A stretch of 64,000 nt of DNA from Eledone cirrhosa (lineage: Eukaryota): assembly GCA_964016885.1 (NCBI GenBank), contig OZ024742.1:246078001-246142000 (forward strand), in the 5' to 3' direction. The notes beneath the pieces are model-generated. The model was not told the DNA's origin. It did not search any database and saw nothing but the letters and a program-made list of their open reading frames with translations. The position numbers and the translations under genes were made by a program. Shown piece after piece: positions 1 through 64,000 of this stretch. How positions within the stretch are numbered: the first letter of the stretch is position 1; every line of letters starts with the position of its first letter.

Positions 1-417
1 GCCATCTGAAAACACTCCTGGTTTCTGATACAAAACTATTTATGTTGAAGTATTTGTATTTACCTAAAAACCTTCCATCATAATTGTATTTAAATGCCTT
101 GAAGCTTTGCTCCAAACACCAACTAAATTAATAATTCGACTGTTAGTTACATTATTAAATTCCTCAAATTTTTTTTATTATTTTCAAAATTATTTGAAAA
201 TCATAGGCAGTGTCTTTCACTAGAAATATGATAATGAAAGGATTTACACTGCTCCTTATTCCTTAGTCTAACTAAATAAGACAAAAATAAAACGAAAATC
301 CCAAAGAAAATATAGTTTTAAAAAGTAGTGAGTTTTATTTAAGGTGTCTTCATATAGAGCAGTTAATCCCAAAGTACCAACACTACCATCACCACCTCCA
401 CTACTACCACCACCACC

Positions 418-449
<32 letters not shown>

Positions 450-1809
450 CAAGACCAACACAAGCACCCCACCACCTCTACCATTCTTATAGACAGTATT
501 ACACTCATTGTTATCCCCTTTTGAAATTTACTTTATTTTAATTATCTTCTACAATTTTAATATGACATTTGTATGGACCTACAATTCTTGGAGTGTTATG
601 GGGTAGGGAACACACAGATTTAGGGCTGGATTAACCATTAAGCAATGCTTCTAGGCCACCATTTTATTCAAATTAGTTTTACTTATTCCCCAAAAATCAT
701 TTTTTGCAGGCTATATAAATATAGGGGCACCATAATTTTTTAAGTGCTGAGTGTCTCAAAAGGACTTAATCTGACCCTGCTCAGAATAAGGCTGTTGTTA
801 TTTAGCCCCCAACCCATCCCATGTCAACACTAAAGTATTCTATCCATAACCAACTTTTATACAGACATAGTGTATCTAAGATTACATTATCTAACATGTC
901 CTTCCTGTTTTGAGAAGTGGGGTTTGAAGGATATTTTTCTGCTTTTTCTAATAGATAAAGATACCACATACAGGTTTCTTCATTATTGTTGTTAATGTTT
1001 AGCTCTAAGTCATTTCTCATCCAGTAGATGTATAATAAAAGACGTTCCAGTCATGACCATCCAATTTTTTAATATTTAGGGCTACATAATCCAATGTATT
1101 CTTCCATGTTTTTAAGAGTAAGATGTAATTTGATGATGATTTGGCTCCTATCTCTGTAGCAGGTTAAGTGACATGGTAGGTTGTCCCACTCGAAGTGTAT
1201 GAAGGCAAGTTAAAGGTGAATACATCTATGACTCCTTGACTGTCGCTTATTTAAAGTACTTAAGCCCGGTGGAGCCTAGCTTGCTCTAAGCTAGAACTAG
1301 GTTATCAGATATAGCTATTGTTGGCCTTGTGCCTAAATCAGAAACCATTATTATCAGTGAATGGGCCTGCTCTGAGTATATGCCTGTAAATTGGAGGAGG
1401 ACAACTGGGTCAGGGCACTTGCCCTAGAGATCAGAGTACTTGTGGTTTTATGGGGTTTTATTTTCCATGAGCGGCGCTTAAATGTCTCCTCCCTATAAAA
1501 TGTTATTATTGTTACCTTTCTTTCATTACTGTTAAGCCTGTTTACAAGCAAAACCCACACACCAACACACACACAATGTTTTTTGCCATGTGTAGTCGTA
1601 ATGTTTTCTTACTATAAACCCTTTGTGGTGAATAAAGAAATCAACCATTTTTATTATTCTAAAAAAATAAGAAACCATTATTATCATTCGTAATGCTTTT
1701 GTTCTGGCAGATGTTAGAGCGAGCCATAGCCAATGTCCTTTGGGTCATTCCTTCTACTTCAACCTTCTAACACTCTCCATAGAATCCTTGCTGTTCATTA
1801 TTATTACTA

Positions 1810-2193
1810 TGGCGGTGGATTGGCATCGGTAGAGGGTCGGACGGCATGCTTTGACGCATAGAGTTACGGCCCTTTCCATTCTGAGTTCAAATCCCGCCGA
1901 AATTAACTTTGCCTTTCATCCTTACGGGGTCGATAAAATAAAGTACCAGTAATACACTGGGTAATTGCTGACCTTGTGCCAGAAACAATTATTACTATGG
2001 ATTGGCAGAATTGGTAGAGTGTCGGACAATATGCTTAGCAGCATACGGTTACGGTCCTTTACATTCTGAGATCAAATCTTGCCAAGGTTAACTTTGCCTT
2101 TCATCCTTATGGAGTCGATAAAAAGAAGCACCAGTAATGCACTATGATAATTGCTGGCCTTGTGCCAAAAGTGGAAACAATTATTATTATTAT
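1810..2193 (+). mobile_element. Two tandem tRNA-derived SINEs with Meta-like domain and (ATT)n tail
   Basis: B box GAGTTCAAATC; GCCTTTCATCCTTACGGGGTCGATAAAATAAAGTACCAGT block. Further copies near 10975-11150(-), 16150-16330(-), 17763-17980(+), 18770-18958(-), 30620-30800(+), 40240-40385(-), 42740-42875(-). Confidence 0.75.
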
Positions 2194-2324
2194 TTTCTTT
2201 CTTGGATGCTATTTAACTGAAAAGTTTGTTAAAATGAACATCAAGCCGCTACCTGCAGCCCAGGTATTCAGGATGTATCAGAGGGTTCTTGCTGTTCCCA
2301 GCAAGCATGCCCTTTGAAGTATTG
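2194..2324 (-). mobile_element. 3' fragment of Dong/R4-like non-LTR retrotransposon
   Basis: Reads LQRACLLGTARTL*YIL, then a short UTR and (AAT)n tail; flanked by (TTA)n. Confidence 0.55.
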
Positions 2325-4089
2325 AAAAAAAAAAAAAAAATTATTATTATTATTATTACTGTTATTACTATTCTTATTATCTGTGGTAAATTGTAGTTTA
2401 TTCAAAGTACTTCAGCCTGGTGAAACCTAGCTTCCCCCAAGCTAGAACTAGGAGGTTAGCAGATATAACTAGCACCATAGAGATAGATATGTTCTGTTCT
2501 CAACAGCAATACCTGGATCAATACACATCTTATATTTATCTAACAATCTAAATGAAATGTGAACCGTGAAATAAAACAAAAAGCAGAAACAAATGTTTCA
2601 AAATATTAAATTAAATACTAAAATTGCTGAGAAAAAAAAAAAAAAAAATCTGAAAAATATATCCACATACAAATAGACAAAAAAATGATTAGACAGGCAG
2701 ACAGGCAAACAGATTGACAGATAGGTAGATCGATCGATCGATAGATAGATAGATAGATATAGATATACATATATAACATTCAAAACAAACTGATAATAGT
2801 GTGAGAGCCAAATGTAGGTGAGTTTACAATCACTTGGTGAAATTTGGTGAAGTTGTAGGCACACTAAGGAAAATATGAGAGCTCCGTGTCATAGCTCTCT
2901 TTATTTCATACTTACTTCTTCTGATAAGACAGTTTAGCATATTCACTGGAAAGAAAGTATAGAGTTAAAGAGACTAATGTGATATTGCTGACATCAGTTG
3001 CCTTATAGTGCAGAGATGTTGCCTGTAGTGCTGGTAAGAGTTGAGGAGTAAAGATGTTGGAGGCAAGGTGAGTCCGAAGCAGTAATGATGGCAACATAGT
3101 TGTACCAAGGGAATTTGGAGTGGAAAACAAAATGGCTCTGATGAGGCAGAATGATGATGTTTTGAAAGGTAAAAGGGAGTTTGGGAAGAGAGAGAGAGAG
3201 AATGTGTGAGAAATATGACTAAGTGAAAGATGGTAATATTATCAAATGTTGACAGAATTGTAATAGAAGCAATATAGAGAGAAAGGAAGGAAGAGTGAAC
3301 AAAGGTTTGAGTCAAATGTAAAGTGTGATTAAGAAAGTGAATGAGAGAAAACAGTAGCATGGTGTCATGAGCATAAAGAAAGGTGAATGAAGGAATGAAA
3401 GAGAGTGTGGTGATGGAATAAGGGTAAGCAGTATGATCAATAGCAAATTTGACCAAGATGAAGGAAAGGAGATAGTATTGAATGTGAGATGAATCGAAGT
3501 GAGAGCAAAAACATTAAGAGAAACAGAGTGCAGAGGAAGGAGAGAAAATAAAGAGAATGGTTGGGAGTATAATATAGAGTGTTAGGAACATTGAGAGAGA
3601 TAGATAGATAGAGAGAGAGAGAGAGGGACATATATATATATATATATATATATGGTCGTCAAGCATGAAATTTGTAGAAATTTGTGTTTTTTCTACAAAT
3701 TTCTATAAATTTAATACTCAACGATCCAATATATACAGAGAGAGAGATGTAGAGAGAGAGAGAGAGAGACAGAAAGAGAAAGAGAGAGAGATGAGAGTAA
3801 GCACAAACAAAAGATAAAATTAATGAAAGTGTAAATGATAAGGTGAGCAGAGTGAAAGATGCTCTGCATTTCCATATAATAACATTCTTCTTTGCATCAC
3901 CTGTTCAAGACAAAGTATCAAAGTCATTATCACTTGATTAGGTTTAAGACCCACTGATATTTATGAGATCACATTCAATACCAATTCTGTCTAGATCACA
4001 ATCAAGGTTCAGACTATATAATGTATGTGTGTATGTTGCTTGAACACTATCAATATACTATTGTAACATACATAATCTACATTACATCA

Positions 4090-5395
4090 TTACAGCTGTT
4101 AATACTGGACACCAAATGATACAGCTGCTAATACTAGACCAGATGTTACAGTTCTTAATATGGGACCAGATGTTATAGCTCTTAATACTGGACCATATGT
4201 TACAGATTGTTAATACAGGACCATATGTTACAGCTGTTAATACAGGACGAGATGTTACAGCTGTTAATACAGGACCATGTTACAGCTGTTAATACAGGAC
4301 CAGATGTTACAGTTGCTAACACTGGATCAGACATTACAGTTGCTAATACTGGCCCAGATATTACAGTTGTTAATATTGGATCAGATGTTCCAGTTATTAA
4401 TACTGGATCATATAATACAGCTGTTAAGATTGGACCAGATGTTACAGCTCTTAAAACTGGGCAGATGTTACAGCTGTTAATACTGAATCAGATAGTACAG
4501 GTGTTAGTACTGGACCAGATAATACAGTTATTAATATTGGAGTAGATAATACAGTGTTAATACTGGAGCAGATGTTACAGCTCTTAATACTGGACCAGAT
4601 GTTACAGCTGCTAATACTGGACCTGATGTTATAGTTGTTAATACTGGACCAGATGTTACAGCTGTTAATACTGGACCAGATGTTACAGTAGCTAATACTG
4701 GACCAAATGTTACAGCTGCTAAGATTGGACCAAATATTACAGCTGCTAAGACGACCAGATGTTACAGCTGTTAATACAGGACCAGATGTTACAGCTGTTA
4801 ATACTAGACCAGATATTACAGATTGTTAATACAGGGCCAGATGTTACATCTGTTAATACAGGACCATATGTTACAGCTGTTAATACAGGACCAGATGTTA
4901 CAGTTGCTAACACTGGATCAGACGTTACAGTTGCTAATACTAGCCCAGATATTACAGTTGTTAATATTGGATCAGATGTTCCAGTTATTAATACTGGATC
5001 ATATAATACAGCTGTTAAGATTGGACCTGATGTTACAGCTCTTAAAACTGGGCAGATGTTACAGCTCTTAAAACTGGATCAGATGTTACAGCTCGGGACC
5101 AGATGTTACAGCTGTTAATACTGAATCAGATAGTACAGGTGTTAGTACTGGAGCAGATAATACAGTTATTAATATTGGAGTAGATAATACAGGTGTTAAT
5201 ACTGGAGCAGGTGCTATATTTATTAGTACTAGGTCAGACATTAGAGATGTTAATACTGAAGCAGCTACTATATCTATTAGTACTAGGTCAGATATTACAG
5301 GTGGTGATACTGTAGCAGGTGTCATATTTATTTTTACTGAGTAAGATATTACAAGTATTAATACTGGAGCAGGTTGTACATCTGTTAGTACTGGA
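4090..5395. repeat. 27-bp minisatellite (CTGGACCAGATGTTACAGCTGTTAATA) with a higher-order block duplication
   Basis: Unit read directly; block ~4190-4560 recurs at ~4810-5200. Confidence 0.9.
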
Positions 5396-6606
5396 AGAAA
5401 AAAAGCAGACATAAACAACAGTTTTACTGTGCATAAACCATATCATCTATTTCATATTAAAATTATCGATTTAGATGTGCTGAATAAGTCTGGATAAGTT
5501 TATTCCAGTTGCTGCAATTGATTAGTACAGATGTAACTAACATTTGCCTCCTAGATATCTAACACATATTTTCTGATAATTCAACTTATATCCTCTATAT
5601 TCCTGCTTCAGATGTAACATATGCCTACTTACAGATGTCGTATCTGTTACATGGGCCACTAATCTAATGTGTTCTTCAGATGCAACACATCTTTGCAACA
5701 TATACACATTCTACATATGTGCTACATATCAGCTACAAATGTAACATTTCTTCAACAGATGCAACATATCTCTGTTAGAGACATAACATGAACTACAAAT
5801 ATAGGATTTACCTGCTACAGGCATATGTTACATATATGCATATAGCAGATGCAACTAGGCCCTTAACTACTGATGAACTCTCAGCAGCATTGTACTGACA
5901 CCTGGTATATCTTTGGAATTTTTAAGCTGGCAGAGCTCATCTTTCTTCAGGCTGGGGAACAGTCAGTTTCTTTGTTTTTGAGAGAGAGCGATGGAAGAAT
6001 GGACCCCAGTACTGGACAGGTATTTTATTGATTGACTTTGGAGGGATTTGAACTCAGAACATAGTGAATCACAACAAATACTGAGGTATTAATCTGCTGC
6101 ACTAACGACTCTCCCAATTTGCCACCTTCTCAGATATAATACTTGACTTTTACAGATATAACAGGATTTTTATTGGTGTAATATTTGTTTGTTCTAGATG
6201 TAACAATTGTCTGCTCCATATGTAATATTTCTTTGCTAGAGAATTAACACTTCGCTGCTACAGATGAAACATGTTATCTGCAAATGAAACATTTCTCTCC
6301 TTCAAGACAACAGATATAGCATGACTACTATACATTGTTTATTCCAGATGTAAAAAAAAATTCTCCTAAATTCTATGCTTGTTAGCTATAAATATATTTT
6401 CAACAGAACCAACTGACAAACATTAAAAACTCTTAGAAACATAAAAGCAACACATTAGAAACATCAAATTGCTACAGATGAGTCAGATGTTTAGTACAGA
6501 TGCAACAGATGTATGAAACTGGTAAATCATTGTCTAAACTCAAAAATCGTACATCATCATGCATCACACTGCACTCATCTAAAACTACAGTAAAGTACTA
6601 TCCTAC

Positions 6607-59832
<53,226 letters not shown>

Positions 59833-60419
59833 CTGAAATAGAAACATGCGAATATGTATGTATGTGTGTGTGTGTGTATATATATGTGTCTATGTGTGTG
59901 TATGTATGTGTGTCTAAAGTCTGTCATAAGCCGGAAGGCTCATTTGGCCTGTGCTTATCCCAGTTTCATGGCGTGAATTAACTGAAATCACAAGACTTCC
60001 CCCGGGACAGGACACCAATACATCGCAGGGTTAAACCCCCAGCTATTTCTAGTACTTATTTTCAGATGAGTATACTGGACCAACGTGAAATGAAGTGTTT
60101 TGCTCAAGAACACAACACACAATCCAGGAATCGAACCCACAACATTATGATCGTAAGTCCAACACCCTTACCACTAGGCCACATGCCTCCACTGTATGTG
60201 TATATGTGTGTGTGCATATGTATGTATGTGTGTGTATGTATGTATTTGTGTGTATGTATGTATGTGTGTATATGTATGTGTATATGCATGTGTGTGTATG
60301 TTTGTATGTGTGTATATGTATGTGTATATGCATGTGTGTGTATGTTTGTATGTATTTATGTATATGTATGCATATATGCATGTGTGTGCGTATATGTATA
60401 TATATGTATATATATGAAA

Positions 60420-63400
60420 ATTCTGCGACGCAAATAACTTAACTATCTGTAACACTAACTTCAAAAAACGAGACAATCACTTGATCACCTATAGATCGGG
60501 GGAACACACAAGCCAGGTAGATTATATCCTTACCAGAAGACGTGACAGAGTGTCTGTTGTTAACACTAAATCCCACCCCCCTGAAGAATTCACCTCCCAA
60601 CATAGACTGATAATTAGCGACCTCATAGTCAGGACGAGACGTACTAGACAGCGGAAGAGGACTATCCTCAGGAGAAAAATATGGAAGCTAAAGGACCCCA
60701 TAGCCAGAAATAAATTTCAAAGCAAATTACTTGACGCTTTCGACAGTAAGGAAGAGCAATTAGAGTCGTATAATATAGAGGAACAGTGGGAATTCCTGAG
60801 AGCAAACCTGCTGACGGCGGCAGACGAAGTCTGTGGCTGGAGCAGGCCTGTAGGTAGGAGGAGAGTAACATGGTGGTGGAACAGTAAGGTGGAGGAGTCA
60901 ATTAAGGCCAAAAAGCAGGATGGGGGAAGTAGAGAAGACTATCAAGTGGCCAGGAGGGAAGCTAGGAGACAAGTGTACTTCGCAAGAAGGGAAGCAGAGG
61001 AAAGAAAGTTCAAGCATGTTCTACAACGTGAGGACCAAAAACGTGAGGTGTTCAGGATTGCCAGGCAATGTGTCAAGGAAAACCGTGATATTGTCGGGGA
61101 GAAGTGTGTACTTAACGATGATGGCATACTTGCCATCACCGACACTGATAAGAAGGTAGCTTGGAAGTGTCACTACGAAAGGCTTCTAAATGAGGAGAAC
61201 AAATGGGAGAAAGACAGTCTCCCCCAGATCGATCCAATAGAGGGACCAGCAGTGTTAGTTGAAGGTAGTATAATAAGTAAGGCAATCAAAGATATGAAGA
61301 CGGGTAAGGCGGCTGGGCCTTCGGAAATAGTTGCTGAGATGCTGAAGGCATCTGGTTCGGTGGGACACACCATGGTCACCCGGATAGTTAACCAAGTCGT
61401 ACAGAATGGGGTTGTTCCGAAGGACTGGCGTAGCAGCATCATCGTTAACTGCTATAAGGGAAAAGGAGATGCCCTAGATAGGAGTAACTATAGAGGCATT
61501 AAATTAATCGACCAGGTCATGAAGGTCACGGAAAAAGTAATAGCGCAACTAATCAGAGAGAGAATTGATCTAGATGAAATGCAGTTCGGGTTTGTGTCAG
61601 GCAAAAGTACCACAGACGCTCTTTTCATTGTACGACAACTACAGGAGAAGTACCTAGCTAAAAGTAAACCCCTATACTTAGCTTTTGTCGACTTGGAGAA
61701 AGCCTTCGACAGAGTCCCCCGTTCCATTATCTGGTGGTCTCTTAGAAAACTAGGTGTTGACGAATGGCTTGTGAGAGCTATACAAGCCATGTATAAAGAA
61801 ACAGTCAGTAAGGTTAGAATTAACAACGAATATAGTGAAGAGTTTAGCGTAAAAGTTGGTGTCCATCAGGGCTCTGTACTTAGCCCCCTACTATTTATTA
61901 TTGCCCTTCAGGCTATAACAGAGGAGTTCAAGACCGGCTGCCCATGGGAACTCCTATACGCAGATGATCTAACGCTCATAGCTGAATCAATGACCGAACT
62001 AGAGAAGAAATTCCAAACGTGGAAGCACGGCCTAGAATCAAAAGGCCTTAAAATTAACCTGGCTAAGACTAAAGTTCTAGTTTGTAGGAAAGAAAATAAG
62101 GCGGCGGTCCCATCGGGGAAATGGCCATGCTCAGTGTGTAGGAAAGGCGTAGGTAGAAACTCCATTTTATGTCCCAAATGCAAAGTATGGGTGCATAAAA
62201 GATGTAGTGGGATCACAGGTAAGCTAACTAAGAACATAGATTTTACATGTGGCCGGTGCTCTGGTGCAATAAGTAGCAGCAAGTGCCCACAAAATACTAG
62301 CTCCTTCAACTGCGCAGAGGGTTCTATAGAAATAGTGGACAGCTTCCGTTATCTGGGTGACAAAATCAGCAGTGGGAGAGGGTGCTCTGAAAGTACAGTA
62401 GCTAGAGTCAGAACTGGATGGAAAAAGTTCAGAGAGCTTATACCACTATTAGCCGCTAGAGGGTTCTCCCTAAAAATGAAAGGCAGGTTATACGATGCCT
62501 GCATACGAACAGCAATGCTGCATGGCAGTGAGACCTGGGCATTGTGTGCAGAGGATATACACAGACTAGAGAGGAACGAAGCTTGCATGCTCCGCTGGAT
62601 GTGCAATAGTAATATACGTGAACGGCAAAGCATAAACGAACTAAGGAAAAAATTAGAAATAAGAGGGATCAGATGTTGTTTACTCGAGAGAAGGCTACGT
62701 TGGTACGGTCACGTGATGCGCATGAAAGACGACAGCTGTATAACAAAGTGCAGGGCAATAAAGATAGACGGTAGCCACGGAGTAGGCAGACCCAGAAAAA
62801 CATGGGACGAGCTGATAAATTCCGACCTCACACGCTTACACCTCTCCAAGACAATGTCACTGGACCGAGACCTTTGGCGGTACTCAGTAATAGAGAAGAC
62901 CCGCCTTACCTAAATACAAAGTAAAAACCTACTACAGTCAGTAGGCACCTCTATCAAAACACACCCCCGTCCCACCACCTCCACCCCACCCACACCGCCC
63001 CTTTCAATGTAAAGTTATGTTGGTCCCACAACATCCAGGCCGAAACAAATGAGATCGTGTAGGTGTCACGACAAAAAACACACAGTCCACGCTGTAAATG
63101 TGGCCGTGTAGGCAACACGGTAAAAACCTCCCAGCCCCACACTGTAAATGTGGTTGGTGTTAGGAAGGGCATCCAGCTGTAGAAAACCCGCCAGACAGTC
63201 CACGCTGTAATGTGGCCGTGTAGGCAACACGGTAAAAACCTCCCAGCCCCACACTGTAAATGTGGTTGGTGTTAGGAAGGGCATCCAACTGTAGAAAACC
63301 CGCCAGACAGTCCTATGCGAGCAAGACAACCACTCTTGCCTCAAGTGGGAAAACCCCCGTCCAAACCCATGCAAGCGTGGAACACGGACGCTAAACCTGA

Positions 63401-63425
63401 TGATGATGATGATGATGATGATGAT
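60420..63425 (+). mobile_element. Young 5'-truncated RTE LINE; open 810-aa frame (end of endonuclease, RT, PHD finger)
   Basis: ORF 60481-62913 with QFGF, FVDLEKAFD, GVHQGSVLSP, LYADD and C4HC3 motif; (TGA)n tail. Confidence 0.95.
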
Positions 63426-63594
63426 GTGTATACAGTGTGTGTATGTATGCTGTAGATATAGCAATGTTGATTGACACTGAAATAGAAGCATGTGAACATG
63501 TATGTATGTGTGTGTATGTATGTATGTGTATGTATGTGTGTATGTGTGTGTGAGAGAAAGAGAGAGAAAATGAAACAGAGAAAGAGTATTACGT

Positions 63595-63835
63595 AGTGGT
63601 GTAAAGGATAAAATCCCCCATCGGTCATGAATAACCATGGGCTTTGCAGCTAGAAAGTTCCACTTCAAGGCACAATCCTAGGCAAGGTGTGTTTGTGGAA
63701 GACCAGCAGTCGCCTATGAATGCCAGTCTCCCCTCGCCATGCCACCAATGTTGTTCAAAGGAAAGGCAAAGGCCGATACAGTGTGGCACCAGTGATGTCA
63801 CAACTCATTTCTACAGTTGAGTGAACTGGAGCGAC
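63595..63835 (-). mobile_element. SINE fragment with CORE-like block and a further tail module (possibly Ceph/RTE 5' UTR-like)
   Basis: ctcatttctacagttgagtgaactggagc is shared with the CORE-like SINEs; adjacent block is distinct. Confidence 0.45.
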
Positions 63836-64000
63836 ATAGGTATAACACCCAAACTCCCTATTCATGCCAACCCTTACCTCTGGTCATGTATCTTGGGTGA
63901 TGACTGAAAGAATATGATCATGAATACGAGCAGCCGAAATGGAGTACCTCTGAAGGGTCCTTGGAATAATGTTACTTAATAGAGTATGTAGCTTGGAGAT

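Noticed and set aside
4207-5418. Repeat-protein ORFs (TGPDVTAVN / MLQLLI)
   Set aside because: Minisatellite with frame-breaking indels and no splice or start context.

Overview
AT-rich, repeat-dense animal DNA. The SINE/LINE repertoire suggests a coleoid cephalopod, probably Octopus (inference, not verified). The whole window lies inside one minus-strand gene, an axonemal inner-arm dynein heavy chain closest to DNAH3. I traced 17 internal GT-AG exons (59832 down to 6607; 3107 nt, ~1035 aa) that splice in one phase-consistent frame, covering the linker, AAA1 ([14 protein letters not shown]), AAA2 (GEPFGGKT) and the start of AAA3 (GPTGTGKS). The gene continues beyond both window ends. Introns contain RTE-clade LINEs (one family carries a PHD finger inside the RT ORF), a BovB-like RTE, CR1 and Dong/R4-like fragments, tRNA-derived SINEs, non-autonomous Helitrons, MITEs and very long (TA)n tracts. 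The most unusual signal is a cluster of unrelated fold-back elements in or beside the (TA)n tracts whose arms contain hammerhead ribozyme motifs, one with a compensatory U3:A8 core. They resemble Penelope-like pLTR remnants, and several are sense to the dynein pre-mRNA. Templated-patchwork LINE junctions, duplicated splice acceptors and a nested transposon stack are also visible. Repeat boundaries are approximate and family names come from recalled motifs, not database searches.
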